57,759 nt of DNA from an uncultured archaeon (GTDB lineage Archaea; Asgardarchaeota; Heimdallarchaeia; Heimdallarchaeales; Kariarchaeaceae): the NCBI GenBank assembly GCA_964645535.1, contig CAZYCQ010000002.1:63851-121609 (forward strand), in the 5' to 3' direction. Shown piece by piece: positions 19,701 to 29,093 of the stretch. The notes under the pieces were generated by a model. That model made no database searches, was not told where the DNA came from, and saw nothing but the letters and a program-made list of their open reading frames with translations. Position 1 is the stretch's first letter. Every line of letters begins with the position of its first letter. The translations under genes were made by a program, and so were the position numbers.

Positions 19701-22700
19701 ATGGGATTATCCAGAAAATCAAAATGCAATCTAATGTTTCTGACATTGACCAACTCAGACCATTGCTTCATCTCGACCAAACATGGAAAGAAGAACGGAC
19801 GGCAACACCATCTCATTTTTGAGAAAACCGCCTTGGAAAGGTTTCTCGAACGGATCTATCCAAGAACTTACGTAAAGTGGGCACTTGCGGAGGGAATTGG
19901 ATTTGAACTCAATCAGCTGGTGAAAAGGCAGCTCATCATCTTTGCCTTGGAAATGGACAGAATTGGCCTGCAACAGTTCCTCTGCAACAGTAAAGTCCAT
20001 CGTTTCTTTGTTTCCTCAAATCGCAAGGTTCTCACCAATGTTTTCAACACTATTCTTGTACCGATTGCCGCAAGGGCAAAAATGATGAATGATCTGCGGG
20101 ATACATCAAAACTCAGGATAAGCCAGGTTCTGGAGGATTTGCCGATCAAGACGGGAAAGTTCAGCAATGCCGCAGATCGGCTGGAATATATCCTCAGCGG
20201 AATAGTCAATGCAATGCTTGGCAGAACCATTTTTTTCAGACAGCTCTTGCAGGGAATGAAAACACTCAATATCTTTGAGCATCCCAACCTCACGGAAGAT
20301 TTCAGTGAAATTGGAATTGTCTCCATCAAAACCATCGATAGGGATACCATTGAACAGCTCCGGAAATACACATCCCTACCATTGACGGAAAAGCATGTAG
20401 ATGCCATTATCCATGCCTACTCCCTTGGAATCCGGTTCCGGAAATCTGCAACATTTTCTCAGAACAAACAGGGAAACGATCTGCTCGTGAAATTTGATCT
20501 CACAGATATCACGGCCATCATGAACGAATTGCATGGACATCTCCCTGAAGAAGACATGCCTGTAGTGGAAACCTTCCTTAGATCCGAAAAGGAACCAAAA
20601 AGAATCATCAAAATGGAGATGAAAACCACCGGAGGCTATCCTCGTAACCTTCTCAAAAATCTCTATGACTTGGAGACTTCAACCGCATTCAGGTTTGGTG
20701 CCGATTTTCTGAGATCCCACTTTTTCGATTTGAAAGGAGTATTGGATAATTGGAATTCTGAATTTCCATACCTGCAACTCGATGTGAATCAGCCTAGAAG
20801 ATATCTTGATCCAACCCCCCTTCAAGACACCAAGAAATTTCCACAAGGATTGACCACAATTCTGAATACGGAAAGAAGAACTCGGTCAAGGCTCATCAAA
20901 AGCATTGTCAAACAAGATTTCCTGAAAAGGCTCCCAGAGCAGTTCATTGAGAAATATCTCATCCCCTACCTTGAAACCCTCCAATCAACAACCGATGCAG
21001 CCATCTTGGAGGAATGGCTCAGATCAGGAAACGTTATCAGACCGAACATGAATGCCATCATCGACTCCTCTCAGCAGGCTTATTCATATGTGAAACAAAC
21101 AAAAATCCAAGTGATTACTCCAAATGGAATGAAGGGGTGGATCTGTCTCAGAAATGACAAACCGCCATTCAGAATCGAAAATAACCAATTGGTGTTTGGA
21201 CCGGATCTGGTTGATGAGACAGGCAGACCTATCATGGACAATCCATTCAAGATGCAGGAGCCAGAACTGAAAGAGATACTCAACCAAGCAATAGGGGAAA
21301 TCAAGAATCAACTCCCTTGGGTCATGAAAGACAATCCTGCACAGGCACTCTTCACAACCGAACAGATCAAGGCAATTCAGGAATTCATCAATAGAATCGA
21401 ACACTTTGAAAGTGTACCCGACAACATCCCTCCATCCGTCAAGAACCTACTCATCCAATACCTTAAGGATCGATTGATCAGAAATCCCTCTTTTGGATTA
21501 CCCGACATACATGTGAGAACAATTAAGGGATATGGAAACCATCATTTCCATCGCCTCTTGGAATTTCTTTCTCAAAACAGGTTCATCTCGCCAGACATGT
21601 ATGACGAATTCATACTTACACTCCATACTGCTCCAAATATTCGACCACGCAATAGCATTCCCCTTGGAACAGAAGAAATATTTGCATTCGTCGAACTGCT
21701 CCCACCAAGCTACAAGGCATACCTTGAAATCGACAACTGGACTTTTGCACCTGATTCCAAACCAATCTCATCTACCAGACCCTTACAACCCAGACAAATC
21801 AACACCATCGTCAACAACAATCCCAAGGAATTAACCATGGCCACCAACATCAACCCCCAGTACGGTGCCCTCTTTTTCAGAAAACCAGTTGGACTCAAGA
21901 AAGTCCACTTTCCAACCAAAAAAATACATCTGAACACAAAAATCGTCTCATTCACCGGAAGCCTGTTCGATCTCTCAAGATTCAACGTCGTCCCAACCGA
22001 TGCCTCCCTGCAAGACATCGCACCACAATGGAGAGAACATACCTTCGTGGGTACAAATGCAAAGGGTAGTCTTGTCAAAGCCCTTATGGAAGCCATTGAT
22101 GAACCACAAAATCATAATCCCGCCATGGAACTCATCTACTTCGGAGATACAAAGACTGCAATCGGAGCATACCTGGCCCCGTTGTTCGATCTGCTAGATA
22201 CACCATCCAAACAAAAAATAACTGCAATCGCAAAGAAACATGCCACTACCATCGCAACCAAACTCAAAGAAAAAACCATTGTCAGATCCATCGAAAAAGG
22301 AAAACTAAAGGTTGACTCCACTCAGTTCCAAGCATTCCAGCACTTCAAGATCAACCATAACAACGCCATCCTTTGGTATGTCGATGCCGTCATGGAAAAA
22401 CCAAAACTTAATGCAAACCTCAAAATCAGAAAGGGAATCGATGTCCTCGCAGCACTCACATTCGATCCAACCAGAATCTCAAAGCCAAACAACTCATTCA
22501 GAATCACCCAAATTATGATCGTAAAGAAAGTCAAAACAGGACCCACACAGGCCCAAAAACTGCTTCAACTCCAAAAAGGCATACTCACCTATGAAATGAT
22601 GCTCCTAAATAAGGCACGAACCATCACAAAAAATAACCTCAAACAGATCAGAACCGCTTTCACCAAACTTAGAACAAGCAGAAACAAACCATACCAGTTC

Positions 22701-23030
22701 TCCAAAAAAACACTCCAAATTGCTCCCTCCATCATTACCCCCTCAAATATCATCAAAGCACCATCTGGCCAAATCATCCCATTCACCAAAAAATTTACAC
22801 CCTACTACTTTGCATTCGATAGAAACCATCTCATCGGAAAACACAAGAAAACTCCCAAGATTGATCCAGAAGAAATCATCAACCAACTCTTCCTGACCAA
22901 ACAAGAACTTCAAAAACATCTCAACATACCAATGAATACCTTTCTCAGCAAACTAAGAACATTGAACAACCAAAAGGAAATCCAGAAGTTCTGCCAACTC
23001 TCCTTGTCAACCAAAAAAAAACATAAATAA
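19701..23030 (+). CDS. Large hypothetical protein (up to 1109 aa)
   Basis: 3.3 kb open frame; no family recognised; start uncertain. Confidence 0.75.
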   Translation: MGLSRKSKCNLMFLTLTNSDHCFISTKHGKKNGRQHHLIFEKTALERFLERIYPRTYVKWALAEGIGFELNQLVKRQLIIFALEMDRIGLQQFLCNSKVHRFFVSSNRKVLTNVFNTILVPIAARAKMMNDLRDTSKLRISQVLEDLPIKTGKFSNAADRLEYILSGIVNAMLGRTIFFRQLLQGMKTLNIFEHPNLTEDFSEIGIVSIKTIDRDTIEQLRKYTSLPLTEKHVDAIIHAYSLGIRFRKSATFSQNKQGNDLLVKFDLTDITAIMNELHGHLPEEDMPVVETFLRSEKEPKRIIKMEMKTTGGYPRNLLKNLYDLETSTAFRFGADFLRSHFFDLKGVLDNWNSEFPYLQLDVNQPRRYLDPTPLQDTKKFPQGLTTILNTERRTRSRLIKSIVKQDFLKRLPEQFIEKYLIPYLETLQSTTDAAILEEWLRSGNVIRPNMNAIIDSSQQAYSYVKQTKIQVITPNGMKGWICLRNDKPPFRIENNQLVFGPDLVDETGRPIMDNPFKMQEPELKEILNQAIGEIKNQLPWVMKDNPAQALFTTEQIKAIQEFINRIEHFESVPDNIPPSVKNLLIQYLKDRLIRNPSFGLPDIHVRTIKGYGNHHFHRLLEFLSQNRFISPDMYDEFILTLHTAPNIRPRNSIPLGTEEIFAFVELLPPSYKAYLEIDNWTFAPDSKPISSTRPLQPRQINTIVNNNPKELTMATNINPQYGALFFRKPVGLKKVHFPTKKIHLNTKIVSFTGSLFDLSRFNVVPTDASLQDIAPQWREHTFVGTNAKGSLVKALMEAIDEPQNHNPAMELIYFGDTKTAIGAYLAPLFDLLDTPSKQKITAIAKKHATTIATKLKEKTIVRSIEKGKLKVDSTQFQAFQHFKINHNNAILWYVDAVMEKPKLNANLKIRKGIDVLAALTFDPTRISKPNNSFRITQIMIVKKVKTGPTQAQKLLQLQKGILTYEMMLLNKARTITKNNLKQIRTAFTKLRTSRNKPYQFSKKTLQIAPSIITPSNIIKAPSGQIIPFTKKFTPYYFAFDRNHLIGKHKKTPKIDPEEIINQLFLTKQELQKHLNIPMNTFLSKLRTLNNQKEIQKFCQLSLSTKKKHK

Positions 23031-23066
23031 CCAAAAGAAAATCCCAAATTGGGATACGTCCCTTTT

Positions 23067-23149
23067 GACACCGTTCTAGAGCCTGGTACTAGGCTGGACT
23101 GCTAATCCAGTGCCCTATGGGCGCGCGGGTTCAAATCCCGCCGGTGTCA
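23067..23149 (+). tRNA. tRNA-Ser(GCT)
   Basis: Acceptor GACACCG/CGGTGTC, D-stem CTAG/CTAG, anticodon arm CTGGA-CTGCTAA-TCCAG, long variable arm GCCC-TAT-GGGC, T arm GCGGG-TTCAAAT-CCCGC; CCA not encoded. Confidence 0.93.
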
Positions 23150-23255
23150 TCAATCTACAACCAATTTTTCACTTCACACATTAACTTATATTGCAAAAAG
23201 ATACGAATTCAAAGGGCGGCGAAGGTTTTAATAATTGCAACCCAAATCCCTGTTG

Positions 23256-23978
23256 ATGCTTGACAATGATCTTTTGGAAAAGAGATTATCAAAGTGGATC
23301 GGATATGGGAATTTACAAAGTGATTTTTGGATGTTAGGTATGGAAGAGGGTGGTGAAGTCAACCGAAAGATGATAAATGTGCGGCTTTCGCTTCCAGAGG
23401 TGGGTGATTGGCATCATGCAATGGAAAAGATGGCGGAGGCAGGAGGAATCGAAAACAAATGGATACGTGCGCATCCATCGCTTCAACCCACATACTACAA
23501 GATCATCAGAATTTTTCTGATTGCAACTGGTCGAGATAGCCCCAACCTGAAGGAGAAGGCAAGGAAGTTTCAACGCGATCAATTTGGTAGAAAAGGAGGT
23601 GATCATTTAGTAGCAGAACTGATGCCTTTGCACAATCACAACCAGTCACATTGGATTTATAACAGGTTTTCAAATAGACCAGACCTTTCAAGTCGGGAAT
23701 CCTACATGAGGAAATGGTTAGGCAGAAGAATTAAGCTTTTCAGAGAGTTGATAGAGGAGTATGACCCGAAAGTGGTTCTTGCCTATGGAAAAGGGTATTG
23801 GGATCATTTCAAGCTTCTAGGTGAAAGGAAATTCAAAGAAATTCTTGATGGGTTTGCGCAAACAGACGGGCGAATTGTGCTTATCCCCCATCCTACAGCC
23901 AAAGGGCTAAAGAATAGTGATTTCGATGAGGTAGGAAATTGGATAAAAGAAAACATCTATTCAAGCAGATTATTGTGA
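23256..23978 (+). CDS. Uracil-DNA-glycosylase-superfamily-like protein
   Basis: GYGN..FWMLGMEEGG (motif A-like), PKVVLAYG, LIPHPT (motif B-like); ATG at 23256 preferred over TTG at 23235. Confidence 0.55.
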   Translation: MLDNDLLEKRLSKWIGYGNLQSDFWMLGMEEGGEVNRKMINVRLSLPEVGDWHHAMEKMAEAGGIENKWIRAHPSLQPTYYKIIRIFLIATGRDSPNLKEKARKFQRDQFGRKGGDHLVAELMPLHNHNQSHWIYNRFSNRPDLSSRESYMRKWLGRRIKLFRELIEEYDPKVVLAYGKGYWDHFKLLGERKFKEILDGFAQTDGRIVLIPHPTAKGLKNSDFDEVGNWIKENIYSSRLL

Positions 23979-24216
23979 CTATGATTTTGATAAAATTATC
24001 CAAAAGGAAAATATGGAGAGAATGATATTCTTGTAAGCATAAATGGATAATTTTAACGTGCAGGTACAAAAATCCAGTTTGAAAGTTCTTCATCCTCGTT
24101 TCTGGGGTTCTGAACGGAGAATGAAAAATCAGGAAGGCAATTGGTTTAAACAGAAGACAAATCACTTGTTCAAAAGGTCATGCATAATTTTTTACGTACA
24201 TCAGGATAAATTAGTT

Positions 24217-25425
24217 GTGGAACGAAAGCAACTTCTTGCCATTTTTGGAATACTGATGATAGGATTGATCATGGGCCCCTATGTTCATTTCCAAGCTTAC
24301 CAACAATTCAGGACAGATCAACGCAGATATGGAAAAATATACGATATTCAATGGGTGGATAACCCTGAATTCCTGAACGTTACTGACAGGAAGGTACGGG
24401 GGAATCTGGAGACTGCTAATTACCGGACAATATTGAGAGATCATACAATATATTGGTTGTCATCTAGAGCTGATGAGGAGGGAAACATCGATGATTATTT
24501 TCTTCTGGAGATTGAATTTTCGGAGAATTTCAAATTTGTCAAGACCCTTAAGCAGATTGATCTTCCCTTCATATCAACTTCAGATTTTCGGGGGTTTGAC
24601 GTTGTCAATGGCCATTATTTTACCCTTCAGACGATCAGCGCGAATAACATTCCTGAATTGAACCTTTTGGAATTCAATTCGAGCGCAGTCATATCTAACC
24701 GGACGCTGGAGCTATCCAAGCACGATGACAATCTCTTTGATTCAATTAGATTGGATTGGTTCCAGATTTATGGAGGAAACCTTTTTACAATTGAAAGATT
24801 CTATCTTCCGGTTTCAGAGGGAGGAGCGTCCGTCTATTCAAACATTTTTTCCCGTTTGGTAAAATATGACCTTGATGATCTTTCGCAGATCGATGCAGTG
24901 AATCTAACATTTCCATATGTAAGGAGTAGCTCTATCAGGAATGGATCCATTTGGGTGGAATATGGACACCTTCCATATGAGAACATCACCTACTATGCAT
25001 CATCATCACAAACCATTACCTCAGGTTATTATGAATTTGATCTTGAAGCCCTCTTCAAGGGGGATGCTGAGGTCAAAAGTGCTGTCTTTCGCCATCATGG
25101 GATTTTTTCACCATATCCGTTTTTTGTCAATTACAATGGAAGCATGGTGGATTTCAACAGGCATAGATCCATTCTTGCGGAATCAGCATACATCATCCCT
25201 TATTCCTATAGATTGAGAGCCAATGATGAGGTATTGGCAGGTTTTGAGATTCTTGAAATGACAGAGCGAAACATTAACTATTACATTGATGACGTAGAAA
25301 TGGCAAAGGTGTTCCTCGGCTATTCAATTATTGTCATGATCCCTTTCATTTTGCTTTGGAGAAAGGTGAAGGGAGAACCAAATTTCAATAATGGATATCT
25401 GACAAATCAAGATAACAACAAATGA
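24217..25425 (+). CDS. Membrane-anchored extracellular protein of unknown function
   Basis: N-terminal hydrophobic LLAIFGILMIGLIMG, beta-rich body with several N-x-S/T sequons, C-terminal TM; GTG at 24217 preferred. Confidence 0.7.
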   Translation: MERKQLLAIFGILMIGLIMGPYVHFQAYQQFRTDQRRYGKIYDIQWVDNPEFLNVTDRKVRGNLETANYRTILRDHTIYWLSSRADEEGNIDDYFLLEIEFSENFKFVKTLKQIDLPFISTSDFRGFDVVNGHYFTLQTISANNIPELNLLEFNSSAVISNRTLELSKHDDNLFDSIRLDWFQIYGGNLFTIERFYLPVSEGGASVYSNIFSRLVKYDLDDLSQIDAVNLTFPYVRSSSIRNGSIWVEYGHLPYENITYYASSSQTITSGYYEFDLEALFKGDAEVKSAVFRHHGIFSPYPFFVNYNGSMVDFNRHRSILAESAYIIPYSYRLRANDEVLAGFEILEMTERNINYYIDDVEMAKVFLGYSIIVMIPFILLWRKVKGEPNFNNGYLTNQDNNK

Positions 25426-25520
25426 GCCATTGCAAGACATGTTCTCAGAAACATTTGGACAAGAAGAGTGTTCAAAAAAACACACAATGAGCCATCCTCC
25501 ATTCAATCAGGAAGATTTTT

Positions 25521-26018
25521 TCAGGAAAGGAGTTTCAGCCTTCTGAGCAGATTAATCTGACCGACATGGTGTTGTTCATGACGATGGATGTGGAAGAGAG
25601 CCCACTCAAGAGTGGTCGATCCCATCTTTGATTCGAACATCCGATCAAGATCTGTCTCATCGAATTGCTCAAGAAATTCCAAGACATTCAGTCGCACTTC
25701 TTTCAAGGTTTCAAGATAGAATTCCAGAGGTTTTCCAATTCGTTGGGGGATACCTATCCTCAATGGAAAGGCGTACTTCCATTTCTCAAAGTCGATTTCC
25801 TCTCCTGCAATATGTTCAAAGATCCACGAGTTCTCAACATCCGCGATATGGAAGAGCATAGTGCCGACAGTTTCAATTCTTGCCGGATCTGGACTGAAGT
25901 CAAGCTCATCTTGGGTGATTCCCTCAATTTCCTTGAGGAGATAATTGCGGGTATCTTGGAGCATCCCCTTTAGCAGCCCCATCCGGTCAGAGGTCACTTT
26001 CGGAATTTCCTTGGTCAT
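25521..26018 (-). CDS. DinB/YfiT family protein
   Basis: TVGTMLFHIADVE..W and LFHIHRHEQHHVGQI His triad. Confidence 0.9.
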   Translation of the reverse strand: MTKEIPKVTSDRMGLLKGMLQDTRNYLLKEIEGITQDELDFSPDPARIETVGTMLFHIADVENSWIFEHIAGEEIDFEKWKYAFPLRIGIPQRIGKPLEFYLETLKEVRLNVLEFLEQFDETDLDRMFESKMGSTTLEWALFHIHRHEQHHVGQINLLRRLKLLS

Positions 26019-26088
26019 AGGATGACCACACCAAGTAGCAATAAAAACATATCTGCCCAGAGGAAGACCCTTTTATTTCTCAGAATGC

Positions 26089-27051
26089 ATGGAAACTGAA
26101 ATGAAGGCAGTTTATTTCATGCGATACGGTCCTCCCGAAGTTCTCGAAATGAAGGAGGTCGATACACCTATTCCCCAAGAAAATGAAATATTGGTCGAAA
26201 TTGAGGCGCGAACCATCTCCATGGGAGATTGTGAGGTAAGAAGCTTTACCTTCCCTCATTGGATTTGGTTACCCATCCGTCTCGCTTTTGGGATCAGAAA
26301 ACCACGAAACAAGATCATTGGTCAGGATTTTGCAGGGAAGGTGGTTGAGGTCGGTTCGAAAGTCACTCATTTCGAGGTTGGAGACAGGGTGACGGGAAGT
26401 ACAGACTGGAGGATGGGAGCCTATGCGGAATACATTGTGAGACCAGAGAGTTCCGTCATAGCAAAGATTCCTGAAGGAGTAAGGATGGAGGATGCAGTGA
26501 CCCTTCCCCTTGGAGGGATGAACGCCCACACATTCGTCAAATTGGGAAATTTCAAGGAAGGAGATGAGGTTCTTGTCAATGGTGCAGGGGGTACGATCGG
26601 CACCTATGTATTGCAGTTGCTCAGGAATTCCGGAATTGAGGTGACTGGGGTGGACAGTGAAGAAAAGCTAGGCTTATTGCAGGAGTTGGGTGCGTCGCAG
26701 GTACTTGATTACAGAAAGGTGGATTTCACCCGTCTTGACAACAAATATGACGGCATCATCGACATGCCGGGAAAGATTAATTACAGGAGGGCACTCAGAT
26801 GTCTAAAGGAAGACGGAAGGTTGATCCTGACCAATCCGCGTGCAAGTGCCTTATTTAGATCAAGGGTGTCTGAAAAAGTCATAACTGGTATTGCATCTGA
26901 GGATCGAAAAGATCTTGAGACGCTATTAGAAATGCTTGCCACAGGAAAGATTCGGGCGGTAAATGACAAAAGGTTTGCACTCGATGAGGTTGTTGCAGGG
27001 CATGAGTATGTGGAAAGTGGAAATAAGAAGGGAAATGTGCTCCTGGTCTGA
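26089..27051 (+). CDS. MDR-family NAD(P)-dependent oxidoreductase (quinone-reductase-like)
   Basis: YGPPEVL, GQDFAG, GAYAEY, NGAGGTIG, KKGNV. Confidence 0.9.
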   Translation: METEMKAVYFMRYGPPEVLEMKEVDTPIPQENEILVEIEARTISMGDCEVRSFTFPHWIWLPIRLAFGIRKPRNKIIGQDFAGKVVEVGSKVTHFEVGDRVTGSTDWRMGAYAEYIVRPESSVIAKIPEGVRMEDAVTLPLGGMNAHTFVKLGNFKEGDEVLVNGAGGTIGTYVLQLLRNSGIEVTGVDSEEKLGLLQELGASQVLDYRKVDFTRLDNKYDGIIDMPGKINYRRALRCLKEDGRLILTNPRASALFRSRVSEKVITGIASEDRKDLETLLEMLATGKIRAVNDKRFALDEVVAGHEYVESGNKKGNVLLV

Positions 27052-27143
27052 TATGAGTATATTTTTTGGTTCGGAATAGGAGGAATGAAGTAGAAAGATA
27101 GAAAAGTAGAAAAATTTATCATGGATTTAATCAATATGACGAT

Positions 27144-27410
27144 ATGGCTGCAACAGTCAAGTTGAAAGATGAGGACAAGAAACGGCTAGATCGGTTAAGA
27201 GCAAAACTTCTCCTTGCAGGGGTCAATTTGAAACAGGAGGAACTCCTTTCTCGGTTAATTGATCTTGGGGAGAATTTTCTGCCCGGATTGGATCAACTTC
27301 AAATGAAAAAGCTGTCTGGGGAAGAAAAGAAAAGAATCATGGCCAGAAAATACAGACTAGGAGGAAAATCTTGGAAAACAATAGATCAAGAACTTTATGG
27401 AGGGAAGTGA
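27144..27410 (+). CDS. Putative VapB-type antitoxin
   Basis: 88 aa, RHH-like TVKLKDEDKKRLDRL, C-terminal IDQELYG; abuts the PIN gene. Confidence 0.7.
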   Translation: MAATVKLKDEDKKRLDRLRAKLLLAGVNLKQEELLSRLIDLGENFLPGLDQLQMKKLSGEEKKRIMARKYRLGGKSWKTIDQELYGGK

Positions 27411-27830
27411 ATGGCAATTCTCCTTGACACAAGTTTTCTTTATTCATTTTTTGACGAACAGGACAAATATCATAATGATGTTAGAAAATTCTATGCAATG
27501 ATGCTTGATGGAGAATATGGAGTACCTATCCTTTTGGATTACGTTTTTGATGAATTTATCACACTTGTACAAATCCGGACTGGAAGGAATGATATTGCAA
27601 CGGAGTTGGGGAAGCTATTGTTGGAGGATTGTGAAAGCTTTATGATGTTTTCGTGGGTCAACTCAAATGAATTCTGGAAGGCTTGGAATCTTTTCCAGCA
27701 TCAGGAAGGATCAAAATTTCTTTCTTTCACGGATTGTATTTTGATTGAGTTTGCCAAGACCAATAGAGTTGGTCAAATTGCCACCTTGGATCGACATTTC
27801 AGATCGTGGATGCACACAATTCCCGAGTGA
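27411..27830 (+). CDS. vapC: PIN-domain VapC toxin
   Basis: ILLDTSF, VFDE, LSFTDC, IATLDRHF acidic PIN residues. Confidence 0.88.
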   Translation: MAILLDTSFLYSFFDEQDKYHNDVRKFYAMMLDGEYGVPILLDYVFDEFITLVQIRTGRNDIATELGKLLLEDCESFMMFSWVNSNEFWKAWNLFQHQEGSKFLSFTDCILIEFAKTNRVGQIATLDRHFRSWMHTIPE

Positions 27831-29054
27831 TCAGGCGTACCAGATGCCGACGGGCACGAATATCTCCTTGGTGGAAAGGGATCCATGCTGACCCTTATGG
27901 GGAGTGTCATAATGCTCGAGTTCCACCACCTCGGGCACATCATGGATGTAGCCGTCCTCGAACATCAGCACATGGCTTCCGACTCGTTTGAGGAAATTAT
28001 CACCGCAGACCTTTGCACCCATCAGATCAAGTGCTTCATTTCCGGTCAGGATGAGTCCCCGACCGTTGGCCAACTGTTCAAGAACTCGAAGTGACCTATC
28101 CGGATCGTCGGCGTAGGAATGGATGACTCTGCCGCTGGTGCCAAGGGTGACGCCTCTTGCCTTATGTTCTGCCCACTCTGCACGGCTCATGAACCGGCAT
28201 TGTTTGAGATCCAGTTGAGATTGTCCATGATCACTGGTTAGGAGAATGAGAGTGGAGGTTCCAGCAAGAGTAGCAACAAGGTTCTTGACAAATTGATTGA
28301 TTGCATGTATGGCATGGACATATTCATTTGATTCAGGCCCATGGCGATGGCCAAGATGATCTGCCATGCCAAGATAGATGCCGAGGAATACGGGTCCATT
28401 GCGGATGACACCCACTGCCTTTTGCAGAGCCTCTTCAAGATCAGTGTACGAAAGCCGATCTGTTCCTTGACCGATGATATCAGGCAGTCCTTCAGGGGGC
28501 AATTGAGAAGGAATAAGAAGTTTGATGGTGAATTGATCGGCAATTTGCATTGGAAGGGGAGTTCCCCGGATGTAGTCAGCAACAGTCGCATGTTCGAAGA
28601 TGCTGGCGGAGCTCTTTCCTTTGGGATATTTGCCATTGAGGCTGTTGAAGAGCGTATTCAGTCGTTCGCTGTAAATATTGTAACCGACCATGCCATGGCA
28701 GGCAGGAAGGGTGCCATAAGCCATGGAGGTCAGATTGGTGGACGTCATGGTGGGAAAGACGGAATATGCGACGGTTCCGTGGGTTTGTACGTTTTCCCAA
28801 AGGTACCCTCCAATTCGTTCAAGATGTTCAGCACCAACACCATCGGCCATGATAAAAACGATGTTTTCATAGGAATCGGTGGCATTTCTGATTTTTTTGA
28901 GGACATCTCGGTTGATGGCACCGGTTTCCCCAAGGAAAGGAGCAAGAAGTGCAGGAAGTGCACCTGCATTTGTGCGTTCAAGGTCGGGACGGATCAGTCC
29001 CAAAGGTTCGTCAAGATAACTGGGACGTATCCCGAACGTTTCAAGGAACTCCAT
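27831..29054 (-). CDS. Alkaline phosphatase superfamily protein (nucleotide pyrophosphatase/phosphodiesterase type)
   Basis: ADGVG, SVFPTMT, DHLGH, TSDHG, GQHGS. Confidence 0.88.
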   Translation of the reverse strand: MEFLETFGIRPSYLDEPLGLIRPDLERTNAGALPALLAPFLGETGAINRDVLKKIRNATDSYENIVFIMADGVGAEHLERIGGYLWENVQTHGTVAYSVFPTMTSTNLTSMAYGTLPACHGMVGYNIYSERLNTLFNSLNGKYPKGKSSASIFEHATVADYIRGTPLPMQIADQFTIKLLIPSQLPPEGLPDIIGQGTDRLSYTDLEEALQKAVGVIRNGPVFLGIYLGMADHLGHRHGPESNEYVHAIHAINQFVKNLVATLAGTSTLILLTSDHGQSQLDLKQCRFMSRAEWAEHKARGVTLGTSGRVIHSYADDPDRSLRVLEQLANGRGLILTGNEALDLMGAKVCGDNFLKRVGSHVLMFEDGYIHDVPEVVELEHYDTPHKGQHGSLSTKEIFVPVGIWYA

Positions 29055-29093
29055 GGATCACCTGTGATTTGGGGATTAATGAAGGTTCTGCGA

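Noticed and set aside
23041-23055. ATCCCA-AAT-TGGGAT hairpin just upstream of tRNA-Ser
   Set aside because: Only a 6-bp stem; cannot be distinguished from chance or a simple leader structure
27144-27830. In-frame TGA-ATG junction suggesting readthrough or selenocysteine fusion of antitoxin and toxin
   Set aside because: Toxin has its own GGAGG SD and ATG; this is normal toxin-antitoxin coupling; no SECIS evident
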